Assembly (NCBI RefSeq): GCF_006345805.1
Contig: NW_021824123.1
Location: 1-19,754 of the forward strand
Source: Octopus sinensis
Lineage: Eukaryota
DNA length: 19,754 nucleotides
Direction: 5' to 3'
The position numbers and the translations under genes are program-made. The notes below the pieces were generated by a model that ran no database searches, was not told the DNA's origin, and saw only the letters and a program-made list of their open reading frames with translations. This document shows, piece after piece, positions 1-12,150 of this stretch. Positions within the stretch are counted from its first letter, which is position 1, and each line of letters starts with the position of its first letter.

Positions 1-80
1 TCTTTACTTATAGTGACTAGGTTATTCCATTCATCATGTGAGAGGGGTGTACCATTATTATTAATTCCCTATAACATATA

Positions 81-110
81 TGTGTGTGTGTGTGTGGTGT
101 GTGTGTGTGT
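81..110. repeat. (TG)n microsatellite
   Basis: Direct reading of the sequence. Confidence 0.95.
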
Positions 111-188
111 AAATATATAAATTAAAATATATATAGAGAAGTAAATTAATAAATTCTCGTATATTCCATCTTCTGTCTTTCATTTGCC

Positions 189-585
189 ATATATGCATAC
201 GTATACATACATATGTAAATACACACATAATACATATATAATATATATATTATATATATATATATATATCTAATATAATATATATAAATATAAGCACATT
301 TATATATGTATGTATATATAAAATAAGCATATTATATATGTATGTATATATATTTACACATACACACACATACATATATTTATATATTCATATAATCTTT
401 TCTTTCTATATATATACTTATATAAACATACATATATATAATATATATTATACGTATATATATATGCATGTATATATGCATATATATATATATATGTATA
501 TATGCATATATATATGTATATATATCTATATATATATATATATGCATATATATATATATACATACATACATATATATATACATGT

Positions 586-659
<74 letters not shown>

Positions 660-705
660 TAATATATATGTTTGTATGTACGTATGCATGCATATACGTG
701 TGAAA
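189..705. repeat. Compound (TA)n/(TACA)n/(CA)n microsatellite
   Basis: Direct reading; source of the Tyr/Ile-rich spurious ORFs 338-828. Boundaries approximate. Confidence 0.95.
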
Positions 706-1126
706 GCATTGTGCATTGTAGCCACAAAAATGCGCAGTGAGATTGGAGTATTTAAGAAGCGAATTTATTTCTAAAATTTTCGAAACTAATGCGTTATTGG
801 GGCTGCCTAACGATATCTTCAGAATCACTTAACAGAGATTGCTACCCTTAAAAATACACACACATAACCATAAACGTACAGATACACGTACGCACATACA
901 CATGCGTAGAAAGGCACATGTATTCGCACTGATAAACACACACACGCGCGCATACACACTATAGAATAGCTGGCAATGCAAATCTGGAAATATACCCTTA
1001 TTTATAGTTTAGTAAGTGAAAATATATAATATTAAGCATGTATTGTGCACGTATATATATGTGTGTGTATATGCATGTTTGTGTGCACTTTATATTGAGA
1101 TCAATCATTATTATCATATTTACCAA

Positions 1127-1164
1127 CATACATATATACATACATAGATATACATACATACATG

Positions 1165-1203
<39 letters not shown>

Positions 1204-1204
1204 T

Positions 1205-1245
<41 letters not shown>

Positions 1246-1341
1246 TTGTATATTAATACACACGATTTACGTAGTTAAGTATTTGAAAGCCTATCTAAAT
1301 ATGGAAGCATATTATAATATTAAATACACACACACACATAC

Positions 1342-1392
<51 letters not shown>

Positions 1393-1823
1393 TATATGTG
1401 TGTGTATGAAGTTAGAAAGATCATCAATAATATATATATTCGTCCCTATATGTATGTATATCATACCGAGATCAATCATTGATAATATATATACATTTAC
1501 TATATATGCATTGATATATGTATATAAGATAAATATATTCATTTATTTTATTTACGGAGATCAGATATCAGTTATATCTATAATGAACGTGAGTGTATCA
1601 ATTATGTTACATGCATGTTTACAGGTATATACATATACATGTGTATTTATGTGCGTGTGTGTGTGTACGTATATATGAATATATATACGCACACACACAC
1701 ACACATATATATATATATAGAGAGAGAGATATAAGCATACCCACATGTGTACATGTACATATTTCTGTATATGTGCGTATATGCATACATGTGCGCACGC
1801 GCGAGTGTGTGTGAGCGCGCGCG
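1127..1823. repeat. Cluster of compound (TA)/(TG)/(CA) microsatellites (about 1127-1241, 1324-1405, 1627-1823)
   Basis: Direct reading; boundaries approximate. Confidence 0.9.
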
Positions 1824-1950
1824 CATCCCCGTTCTTATCTTTACCAGCTTTCAACGCATGGAACTGTTCCTGACAATATCGCTTTCTTTCAGGATGATAT
1901 TCGCAAGTATCCCAACAAACAGCGCTATTTACTGAAGAATCTCATAAACA

Positions 1951-1988
1951 CACCACCACCAACAACAACATCAACAACAACAACAACA
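1951..1988. repeat. (CAC)n(CAA)n trinucleotide microsatellite
   Basis: Direct reading. Confidence 0.9.
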
Positions 1989-2392
1989 GTATCAGCTACG
2001 ATCACCAAAATATGCGGGTCGAAAACTGTGCACAACAGACTCCAAAAAGTTCTCTGCACTTTTACGCGAAAAGAAACTTTATCCCCGCAACAGCAATGAC
2101 TGAAATGGTTAAAAACTCTGATGCAATATTCAAGTGATGATTCCAAATGACATTCGCGATGCCAGACGCATACGAAGAATATTTATACAACAGCAGGTGA
2201 GTCTAGAAATGTTCTTACTCTACCCCGATAAGGTATGATTCGCCAAATTCTGGAGGACGCCTCATGACGGGCATGAAAATTGATCAGAAGGCTGAAAAAC
2301 ACTGGAATCGCACGTTAAATGAGGGAGCGCGAGATTACGTTAAATATGGCGACATTCTGCAAGAACCAGCTATGCGACACACATCACTTTTG

Positions 2393-2487
2393 TGTGTGTG
2401 TGTGAGTGTGTGAGTGTATGTATGTATGTATGTATGTATGTATGTATGTATGTATGTATGTATGTATGTATGTATGTATATATGTAT
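2393..2487. repeat. (TG)n(TATG)n microsatellite
   Basis: Direct reading. Confidence 0.95.
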
Positions 2488-2590
2488 ACCAAACTTGCTG
2501 ACGTATAAATACGCATGCTTGCATCAGTTACGCATCAGTTACAAGTATATATATTTTGTGAAATAATATGGAATGCGTTTCGCCATATGT

Positions 2591-2970
2591 TTATTACCTC
2601 CGCCAAGGAAGGAGGTCATGTTTTCATCGGCGTTGGTTTGTCCGTCTGTGTCCAAAATAACTTAAAAGGTTGTGAACAGTATTTGATGAAACTTGCAGAA
2701 AAATTTGGTAATGACACAAGGAACAGATGATGAAATTTTGGTAGTGATCCGGGAATTTTTATGGATTCTTGAAGGATTTTTCATTTGTTATATTTACTTT
2801 ACATGAAGTATTACAATGTTACGTTCCTTGATTATCTCCCTTGAAAACAATTTCATCGTTTCCACGTAACCTATGGTGGCGTTGCTGTTTCCTAAGTTTA
2901 TTTTCGCTTCTCTATTAGTAATTTTACTCTCGTATTTATCTTAAAATGAGTTGCTTGGCGGAGGTCTGCA
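2591..2970 (+). mobile_element. Non-autonomous Helentron-associated element (HINE/DINE-1-like), 3' terminal hairpin missing
   Basis: Begins TTATT. Perfect 12-bp subterminal inverted repeat ACCTCCGCCAAG (2596-2607) / CTTGGCGGAGGT (2954-2965). 5' hairpin ACCTCC...GGAGGT (2596-2616). GTCY-like tract GTTTGTCCGTCTGTGTCC just downstream. This layout is typical of HINE/DINE-1 elements. Confidence 0.7.
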
Positions 2971-3455
2971 GAGGATGACATGACAAGCCTTGACTATTGG
3001 GATCGGCTCAAAAATCTCAGTCTTTGCTCCCTCCACCGCCGCTGTGAGCTTTATATCATCTGTATGATGTGGAAAATATTCCATCAACATTGCCCATCAT
3101 TAAAATTCGTTCGAGGCTTGGCCCCTGTGCTATCCATCCACTTCAGAAATGTTTGTGTCGTATCACAACACTATGACAGAACTATTTCACCTTATTGGCC
3201 CTGCTCTCTTCAACATCGTGCCAGACATACATAAAGGAGGAAAGTGACTTCACGACATTCAAACGATCCCTAGATAATTACCCCAACAAATACCAGATAA
3301 ACCACCCACACCCAGATATGCCTCTGAAAACAATAGCCCTCTGCTTGAATGGGCTACGGTTCCCCAGAGCTGACTGTGTATCTGTTCCAGGTGGTGCAAT
3401 TAAATTAGACATGGCCTGAGTCAACTTCAGCCGAAACTTATCTAAGTAGTCTAAT
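2971..3455 (+). mobile_element. Decayed 3' fragment of a CR1/L2-group LINE (ORF2 C-terminus plus 3' UTR)
   Basis: Translates to LDYWDRLKNLSLCSLHRRCELYIICMMWKI, homologous to YWERLKRLKLYSLERRRERYAIIYILKI in the LINE at 13673-14422. After frameshifts it gives FKRSLD and PDKPPTPRYASENNSPLLEW (from 3293), matching the PDEP...NSL terminus. 3' end approximate. Confidence 0.8.
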
Positions 3456-3751
3456 CTATTCTGTAACCTTTTAATCAAAGCCTGACAATGTGGGTAGAGG
3501 CTGATATCTTATCATTTCTGATGGTCTTAAGTATAAAAAAATTATTAAAGATTTATATAGAACTACATTCAGAGTATGTCTGCAAGCTATTGTGTTTAGA
3601 CCTGGTTTTAATAAAGCAATCCGAAATTAGACAAATCAAAAATCTGCAACAATCCCATGAGTATTGGATAATGGATTTTCAACTGTATAGTGTTTGCTGG
3701 TGTTGGTTTGGGAAATTGGGCGATTTTCAGCACGCGTGTATATGAGTGGAT

Positions 3752-3781
3752 ATGAGCTGCTTGGCGAGTGCTTTTCTAGTT
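3752..3781 (+). mobile_element. 3' terminus of a second HINE-like element (internally deleted); its body probably extends upstream toward ~3460
   Basis: ATGAGCTGCTTGGCG matches 2946-2960 at 14/15 positions and is followed by AGTGCTTTTCTAGTT, a HINE/Helitron-type CTAG-T end. The rest of the subTIR and half of the terminal hairpin are missing. Confidence 0.5.
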
Positions 3782-4126
3782 GAAAAATATCTTGAAGTGA
3801 TTTTGTAGGTGAAAATATATGATTCTGTGCATGAGAGTATATGCCGTGACAGCATTCTAGAATAGAATATAAAACCGTAAATTTTCATGGATAAACTGCG
3901 TTATGCGAATACTGTAATTTTAAACTTAATCTTTTTTCGGATCAACTGTGTGGTTGTTTATATTTTAGTCGAGAGAATTTCTATACAGGAAATTCCGCTG
4001 AGCTGCTTTGTGTAACTGAGATCAACCACCAGGACGGTGCGCCGCCACTGCTATGATTTTGCTGTCATCCATTCGTATCAAAATGGCAGATTCCTTAATC
4101 CAGTTATTAAATAATGTAAAATATAT

Positions 4127-4263
4127 AGACAGACAGATACATACATACATACATACATACATGCATACATACATACATACATACATACATACATACATAC
4201 ATACATACATACATACATACATACATACATACATGCACGCATGCATACACACACACACACACA
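4127..4263. repeat. (GACA)(TACA)n(CA)n microsatellite
   Basis: Direct reading. Confidence 0.95.
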
Positions 4264-4718
4264 GGTAATATCAACAAAAAAGTAAGAGATAATTATCATT
4301 TAATGTAAACAGTATTAAAATAAGAACCACTAGCAGATCTTGTTTCGGTGTAACGTGGCTGGGCAAGATTTTATGACGGGCCTTTGTGTTTCCAAACAAT
4401 TTTTAGTGCCTGAAGATTGCTTGGACACACAAGTTGTCTTAATGACAAGAAACTATTGGCAGCTGCTGCCTATATACAAGGTACATTAAATTATACAGGC
4501 TTCATTTCCACTGAAGACCCCGCACGATCCCCTCCGCCCAAGCCACCATTATGTTAACATCGCTATGTCGTAATCCGAGCAATTAGAAATGAGAGGCAGA
4601 TCTCCCTCAGGAAGCACCTTAGCATGGTGAACATTGAAAGGACACACTGGATCATTTAATCCTGGGTATATTATGTCTGGATATATGAATATTTGGTCAT
4701 GAGTATTGCGTCATTGAT

Positions 4719-4774
4719 CCTAGGTCAGCAGGAACACGGCTGACCAGGAGCTAACTAAAAACAACAACAACAAA
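4719..4774 (+). mobile_element. Probable retroposon 3' end: stem-loop plus (CAA)n tail
   Basis: GGTCAGC (4723-4729) / GCTGACC (4739-4745) form a perfect 7-bp stem, extended by CCT/AGG across a 1-nt bulge, followed by AAAAACAACAACAACAA. Confidence 0.35.
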
Positions 4775-5778
4775 CATGTGCCATCGTTATAACTACGTGT
4801 CATTAGAGGAACATCTACGTAGTCGCTTCGTCTGCCAAAAACAGCAGCCAGTTCACTTCAAAGTGAAACTTGTGTTAAAATAGGAATGACATACTGAATA
4901 ATGTAGTTCTATAGACACAATGGCGGAAAATATAATGGAATGGTCGTCAATGCATTGCCTTTGGATTGATGTCTGCCAGAGCGGGACTGACCTAAGCCTG
5001 AACAACACCGAAGCCTGAATAACAACGCATCGAATACACCACCAAAGCCGCACATCACTTATACACCGCATACAACAACATACCATACACTACCTTCACA
5101 CTTCGTACACCAATAAGTTAACACACACTATACCTAGAACATACCATCTCACGCGGCACACCACGCGCCACACACTACTATACTTAGCACAGACACCAAC
5201 ACATACAATCCTACCACTACCACTACCACCACAGTATCTACTGCTATATTTAAGCAATTATTTTGCGGCCATTCTTTTTCAGCAGACGATACTAAGTTTA
5301 GAGATGTCGTCTGCCATTCGAAGATTAATTGTTCAAAGAATCTCATAAACTTCCAATGAGAAATTAACTGTGGCTCTTTTTTCTAATAGATTTCCACGCT
5401 TTATAGAATAATTATTGTGAAGCGGCCCCTGGTGGTATAAGTGGCTAACAACGGTTGGAGGAGGGCTACGTATTATTACAGTTGCTGAACACTTCCTAAT
5501 ATGGTCAAAAAGACTTTTATTTAATATCTTTTCCATTTTGTTTTTTTTTATCATATTGAAAAGGGAAAAAAATCTGTCTGTGTGTCTTGTTTTTTAACGT
5601 CTTTTAATGTTTCTTTATTCGCTGTTTTCGTTCGTTCATAAACACACAGGAATTTATGTATGGAATATATATAGAATACGGGGAGTTTATTGATGATTCC
5701 GAGTTTTATTGATCTCGATAATCTATTTGTAGTTGATCATTCTTCTCTTTCACTGTGTGTGTAGAATAACTTGCACGC

Positions 5779-6107
<329 letters not shown>

Positions 6108-6391
6108 CGTATACGTGTATACGCATGTGACTATTTTGCATGCGCACATTTCTGTATAATATTTCAACGCATTTTTAAAAGAAACCGTTTTTGACGAAAC
6201 TTTGGTATTTCCATTGAAATCTTCGTTTTTTCTCTTCTTCTTCTCTCACCTACATCATGTCAACTCTTGGAACCACAAACCTTTCATCGCTCTCTCATAT
6301 TTTACTGCTCAAACTCTTTCACTTGAGTCTGTTAAATATGTATGTTTGTGGCGGGTGCGCATGCGTGCACGCACATGCAGACTCAAACCCA

Positions 6392-6396
6392 TACAC

Positions 6397-6442
<46 letters not shown>

Positions 6443-6643
6443 ATGTATGCATGTATGTATGTATGTATTCAAAAGTTTTGCAAAAATACGTGCTACACTC
6501 ACGATATTTGAAGAAATGATTTCCTTCAAAGTTTTAACTATTTAAAAAGAATCTCGGAAAAACAGAATGACACGAACCTTTTGAAATTGTGGTTGCGTGT
6601 ATGTATGTGTACACACACACGTACACACACACACACACACACA
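6392..6643. repeat. (TG)n/(TATG)n tract (about 6392-6467) and (CA)n tract (about 6600-6643)
   Basis: Direct reading. Confidence 0.9.
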
Positions 6644-6646
6644 TAT

Positions 6647-7061
6647 TCTCTTTCTCTTTTCTCTTTTACTTGTTTCAGTCATTTGACTGCGGCCATGCTG
6701 GAGCACCGCCTTTAGTCGAGCAAATCGACCCCGGGACTTATTCTTTGTAAGCCCAGTACTTATTCTATCGGTCTCTTTTGCCGAACCGCTAAGTTACGGG
6801 GACGTAAACACACCAGCATCGGTTGTCAAGCAATGCTAGGGGGACAAACACAGACACACAAACATATACACACACACTTATATATATATACATATATACG
6901 ACAGGCTTCTTTCAGTTTCCGTCTACCAAATCCACTCACAAGGCATTGGTCGGCCCGGGGTTATAGCAGAAGACACTTGCCCAAGATGCCACGCAGTGGG
7001 ACTGAACCCAGAACCATGTGGTTGGTTAGCAAGCTACTTACCACACAGCCACTCCTGCGCC
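6647..7061 (-). mobile_element. Full-length tRNA-derived SINE, family 1 (copy A)
   Basis: Minus strand starts GGCGCAGGAGTGGCTGTGTGGTAAG, with A-box-like TGGCTGTGTGG and B-box-like GGTTCAGTCCC. It has a CORE-like CTTGGGCAAG, an internal TA/TG microsatellite, a LINE-like 3' stem-loop and an (AAAAGAG)n tail. Homologous to 11769-12150 and 15751-16150. Confidence 0.92.
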
Positions 7062-7155
7062 TATATGTATATCATATTATAATAATTATTTATAACGATT
7101 ACAGTATCCTACCAACACCTGATGATTTCAATGTCGTTTACCTCACTGTGAACTT

Positions 7156-7203
7156 TCTCTCTCTCTCTCTTTCTCTCTTTCCCTCTCTCTCTCTCCCTCT
7201 CTC
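7156..7203. repeat. (CT)n microsatellite
   Basis: Direct reading. Confidence 0.95.
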
Positions 7204-7522
7204 ATACAATAGCTCCTTCATTTCAAGTTAATCGTATTGTGCACTTCCCTTGCCAATCTACCACCAAACCTCAATTGCTTGCCATTATATATATATATAT
7301 TTATATATATACATATATACACACACACAAACACACAAATTTAGGCAAATAGGGTAGACAAAATCCAGACCATATAAGTTTCTTAGCCAGCAGAACGCCG
7401 AAAGTAGTAATTACTCAACGAGGGATACTCCCATAGATACTCATCAAACCCAAAATACTTTAGTCAAATGGAAGTTACATTGTAGTCAAAGGATCTCATG
7501 TTAACTCGCAAGAGATTTGATG

Positions 7523-7628
7523 TACATATATATATATACAAACAACATATATAAACATATAACATATATATATATATACACATACATACATACACACACA
7601 CACACATATATATATGTGTGTATAAATA

Positions 7629-7696
<68 letters not shown>

Positions 7697-7730
7697 CATA
7701 TATATACAATAGTGTGACAGACAGACAGAC
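7523..7730. repeat. Compound (TA)n/(CA)n/(GACA)n microsatellite
   Basis: Direct reading. Confidence 0.95.
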
Positions 7731-8377
7731 AGGGAGGGTGTCTTGTGTGTACAGTTAGATGTACGAGTGCTACAGCTGAATTTAGAGCTCCATGTAGTGA
7801 TCTTCATCCTGTATACATCCAGTAGAAAATATGATGCTGATCAACGTAATATGATAAAGTCTCCCCCCATTCCCTGAAGAACTGTTGTGGTTATGCATCG
7901 AATTGCGCTATGAACACCCACTGCACAGAATGCAACTAACCAGAATGCCGAAGTATACGTAGGGAGAAAAAATAATCTAAAGTATATCTTGTGTATATCA
8001 TATTTCTCACACACACACACGTCTACATCAACTTGACCAACTCTAGACAAACGAGCAGCCAATCTGTTTATATACACATTACAATACTTACAGAAACCTT
8101 GGGCTTCTAATTTGCCTGCCTTGAGTGTTAACTCTTTATTTTTAATATTAGGGGCCTGTCAACGAGGATCTTTGTCTCCACATAACGGTAAGGAATAAGG
8201 ATAGTAAAATCCAGGCAAATAACTTTTTTAACACTCTGTAGTAACAACACTTGGTTAACTAGATTAACGTGCAATAACCGTTGTGAACTATACAGACCAG
8301 CGATTCGTATTGTACTCCCGTTCGATGAGTAAAGCCAAAGTTCGCTTTTGAAGATTTCAGAGTATAGCATAAAAGAC

Positions 8378-8635
8378 AAAGAAGAATGGGGAATAACATA
8401 TATTTTTTACTTCGTAATTTGTAATCCATATTTCTTGACTGCTCAGAGGAAGAGTAGGCGCTAGCGTTGATTCTCTAGCTCTACGTAATAATGAAGTCGG
8501 TGGATTATGGATCGATTTAAGTGCAGTATTAACACATCATTGTATTACGTAACGCTAACTCATTTGAAACGCGCGTAAGCGAATTATGGATTACAAATTA
8601 TAAAGTAAAATATATATAATTCTCCATTCTTCTTT
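8378..8635. repeat. ~55-bp inverted repeat (8378-8434 / 8581-8635) enclosing a hammerhead-like motif
   Basis: Manual alignment of the left arm with the reverse complement of the right arm gives 49 of 55 positions identical, 6 mismatches and one 2-nt gap. Confidence 0.9.
8440..8581 (+). ncRNA. Minimal type-I hammerhead ribozyme-like motif (U4A variant, long stem II); probably degenerate
   Basis: Stem I GCT (8441-43)/AGC (8578-80). Core CAGAGGA (8444-50; canonical CUGANGA). Bulged stem II: GAGT/ACTC, TAGCGTT/AACGCTA, ACGTAATA/TATTACGT. GAAAC (8566-70), palindromic loop GCGC, cleavage triplet GUA (8575-77). Confidence 0.6.
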
Positions 8636-8742
8636 ATTTGAGGGTTAACAAGCTTACCAATGGTTTCATGTAGGAGGAAATCTCTCAACAATTATCAAGC
8701 CAGTCTCATGCAAACGTTGATAATCGTCTCCATCTTAGCGTA

Positions 8743-9071
<329 letters not shown>

Positions 9072-9082
9072 TCAGAGAGTGA

Positions 9083-9380
9083 GTGAAGGCACGTGGCTTA
9101 ATGATTAGGGTGTGGCACTAACCATCGCAATATGGTGGTCTTGATTCCCAAACCGGAAGTGCACCACGTTCTGCCAAGCATTTCATTTCCCGTTGCTCCA
9201 TTCCGTTCACCTCTAAATGTGTCACCCTGTAACGAACTGGCGTTCCTTTCGAGGTACGGGCAGGAAGAACTGGCCTGGCCAGCATGATAGCATCAGTCCC
9301 AAGCTGCAATAATGTGAAGAGACGCATTGTGACCAGCGGTGTACAACAACATCTGATGGTCTGGCCGATGCCGTGATACA
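9083..9380 (+). mobile_element. Diverged tRNA-derived SINE, family 3
   Basis: Head GTGAAGGCACGTGGCTTAATGATTAGGG with A-box-like TGGCTTAATGA and degenerate B box GTCTTGATTCC. Central CCCTGTAACGAACTGGCGTTCC resembles conserved SINE central domains (from memory). Boundaries approximate. Confidence 0.55.
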
Positions 9381-9559
9381 GTGGTATGTGTGCGTGCGTA
9401 TGTGCGCGCGTGTGTGTGAAAGTGTAGTTATTTGAAAGCTTTACCTGTCGTGATTGTAGACGATGTGATAGTAACCTCTTGTTCCCTGAGGTGAACAAGA
9501 AAATAAGTGGGAATCTTATCACAGATCTGTTTAGGAGATGGTTGTCTCCTCATCAAGGA

Positions 9560-10270
9560 AGATACGTCGCAATTCTTCGACACTACGGAGATATTCTAAT
9601 TTATATCTATAGCAGTACAACCTAAACCAGAATAACTGTTTTATCTGCTGAGCATGGCGTAAGGGATGGGTCCCATGATATATGCGGGCTTTTCCGAGAC
9701 TGGTGAGGTTGATGCCATTAATAGTTCAGTTTAAACTGTTGTAGGTGGACACCTGCAGGAAAGGCATGAACGGGGAAGAGATTCTGGGGTGATTAATGTT
9801 GTAAGGAGGTAGGGTTTGGCAAAGGGATTAGTATGAGTGCAATAAGGGTTGTGTGAAGGGGAGAGACGACTGGGTCGGAAGTGCCTGAATGTAGGGAGTA
9901 TAAGACTAGTCGTATTAGAGGAGCAGGGGCCATCACAAGGGCGACAGAAAACACACACACACAGAGGACAAAGCACTCTTGTGGCCCATGGGGTGGAATG
10001 TGTCTGTTGGTGGCTAAGCATAAAATATTCAAATAGTCCGTCTTTGGATGTGGATGAGGATGCCTTTGTATAAAGCAGCAGACCTGTCTTGGAGATGGGA
10101 CTTGTAATCTATCGTGGACCTTACTTGAGCTCTGTAAAATGTCAACATTTGTTAAGGGCTGCAATATTTTTCGGCTCTGGTGAGAACAAGGGAGAGAAAT
10201 GTCTGCAGTTTCCAGGTGTAAGAGTTTCAGATAAATGGCTTCAAAATTTTAACCCAAGGCCAGAAATCTC
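9560..10270 (-). pseudogene. Possible heavily decayed Penelope-like element fragment (RT C-terminus / linker / GIY-YIG N-terminus)
   Basis: Pyrimidine-rich minus strand. Peptide pieces TSLILPTFRHFRPSRLSPS, PRSCLSCRCP and IMGP...LGCTAIDIN weakly recall Penelope ORF motifs (IILRHFRHLQ, PC..RC.TC, I.GP...FTC.S.N). Many stops and frameshifts; similarity judged by eye only. Confidence 0.3.
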
Positions 10271-10278
10271 GAGATAGG

Positions 10279-10447
10279 GGATTCGTCGATTACATCGATC
10301 CCAATGATCAACTAATACTTATTTTATCTACTCCAGGAAGGGTGTAAGATAAAGTCAACGTCGTTGGAATTTGAACTCAGAACGTAAAAACAGACGAGAC
10401 GCTTCTAAGTATTTCCTAGCGTGCTAACGATTCTGCCAGCTTTCTAC
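10279..10447 (-). mobile_element. Diverged tRNA-derived SINE, family 2
   Basis: Reverse complement AGCTGGCAGAATCGTTAGCACGC...TTACGTTCTGAGTTCAAATTCC...GATGTAATCGAC aligns with 16990-17160. Confidence 0.8.
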
Positions 10448-11768
10448 CTCATTAAAGGTTGTAGATTTAACTCAGATTTCTCCCAAGTTTATTTTTCTCC
10501 GCCTTCCTTGTGGGGCCGATAAAATAGTTGTTATTATTATACTGAATGTCGCTTGCAATAATAGTATCTCACCCTCCTCTAGAAAATGATGAAATTGTAC
10601 CACGTTTGTAATTTAATAATCTCATTTGGATTCCAGTCGGGATCTACTTTGTTTTTCATTCCTCGTGGGGTCAATAACACGAGTTATTGATGCAGAGAGA
10701 ATTAATTAAGGCAGCTCATCCACTTTTGTGCTCCCAGTCCTGACGAGATGGTGGCACTGTGCCCAATATTTTTGAGTTCGAATCCTGCAAGGAATTCATT
10801 TGTTTTATACTGCATGTGATGGTCGTGGTAGGGTTGATAGAACTAATGTAAATGATGTAGTGATGCGCATTCCTCAGCTCAGATGACCGAACCCCTTGAA
10901 TCATTGCTCCCTAAAATAAGAGTGGTATCGTTAACAAATCGATATTTGACAGTCGTCAGAAGTTGAATAGAAGGAGTTGGAATTGTAAAGAAGTTTATTC
11001 CTTCTCTATCCCTATTGTAGGGGTCGGCGAGGGTATTGATACAATAACTCTTGTATAATGTAACTGTGAGAAAACAATTTAGTTGACTTCTCCACCTCCA
11101 CCAGCCTGTCAGCCACGCTTCTCTACTTCGGCTCCTTAGAATATAAAATTGGCCAAGAGCCACGGTAAAAAAATCGATAGATAACCAACACCAAGAGAGA
11201 TATACTAATCAACGAAAATAAATAAATAAATAAACGAGGTGTTTTATTGGCCTATAAATGCCAATCAAAGACTAGCACTGTCTGGTGTTGGAACAGCAGT
11301 TTGAATTCTTCTGGCGCTGTTCTGTCCGTTAACACATTCGTTAAACCACTAAACTTGACTGGTCTTATTACAAGAGTACAAGCCAACCGTTACTGCAGTG
11401 TGTAATATCCAGGGGGAAAGAAAACTCAGAATTTGTGACCATGTGAAGGTTTCGTTTCTTGTATTGAAACCTCGACTGATTTTATGATATGTTGTGATTC
11501 AGAGATGTTGACAGTGAGACGTGTCTTTTGCAGTAGAACCGGCGCTGGATTAACCATTAAGCAAAATAGACCCGTGCTAAAGGGAAGGAGAGGCAACAAC
11601 AGAAATTGTAAATGGTTTATGTCACAAAGAAATTCACTTTAAACTTGTTAAAATATTACTCGAAGTAGTTTATATCATCAGTAATAAATTTTGAAGTGTT
11701 CATAAAGTCAAGTGTTCATGGTATCATACTTAAAAAAAAATGTTTTTCAAAAATAAATAAAGTGGAAA

Positions 11769-11924
11769 GGAGTGGCTGTGTGGTAAGAAGCTTGCTTCCC
11801 AACCACATGGTTCCGGGTTCAGTCCCGCTGTACGGCACCTTGGGCAAGTGTCTTCTACTATAGCCTCGGGCTGACCAAAGCCCTGTGAGTGGATTTGGTA
11901 AATGGAAACTGGAAGAAGCCCATC

Positions 11925-11968
<44 letters not shown>

Positions 11969-12150
11969 GTATTTGTGTGTCTGTGTTTGTCCTCCCATAT
12001 TCGCTTGACAACTGATGTTGGTGTGTTTACATCCCCGTAACTTTAGCGGTTCGGCAAAAGAAATCGATACTAGGCTTACAAAGAATAAGTCCTGGGGTCG
12101 ATTTGTTCGACTAAAGGTGGTGCTCCAGCATGACCGCAGTCAATTTACTG
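11769..12150 (+). mobile_element. tRNA-derived SINE, family 1 (copy C, more diverged, tail lost)
   Basis: A box TGGCTGTGTGG (11773-83), B box GGTTCAGTCCC (11816-26), CACCTTGGGCAAG, internal TA/TATG tract, 3' stem-loop remnant 12137-12150. Confidence 0.9.

Noticed and set aside
4406-4445. CTGAAGA...GAAAC-TATT-GGC on the + strand
   Set aside because: The triplet is GGC rather than NUH, stem I cannot form and stem II has only 3 bp; consistent with chance.
7841-8077. Hydrophobic ORF with LQGMGG, reminiscent of an MFS transporter motif; also a Cys-rich and a YVG-containing frame on the + strand
   Set aside because: No convincing splice sites, stops in flanking sequence, and motifs too short to assign. 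A homology search would be needed.
9513-9563. Fourth hammerhead-like fold on the minus strand (TTGATGA-GGAGA/TCTCC-TAAAC-AGATCT-GTG)
   Set aside because: Three core deviations (C3, G12, H17 = G) and an offset stem I; it also abuts the putative decayed Penelope coding region. It could be a relic but is not supportable.
10630-10800. Further SINE-like scraps (CTACTTTGTTTTTCATTCCTCGTGGGGTCAATAA; GAGTTCGAATCC)
   Set aside because: Probably old family 2 fragments, but too short and diverged to delimit.
11531-11585. CAGTAGAACCGGCGCTGGATTAACCATTAAGC, resembling a DNA-transposon terminus
   Set aside because: No matching inverted partner found in the window.
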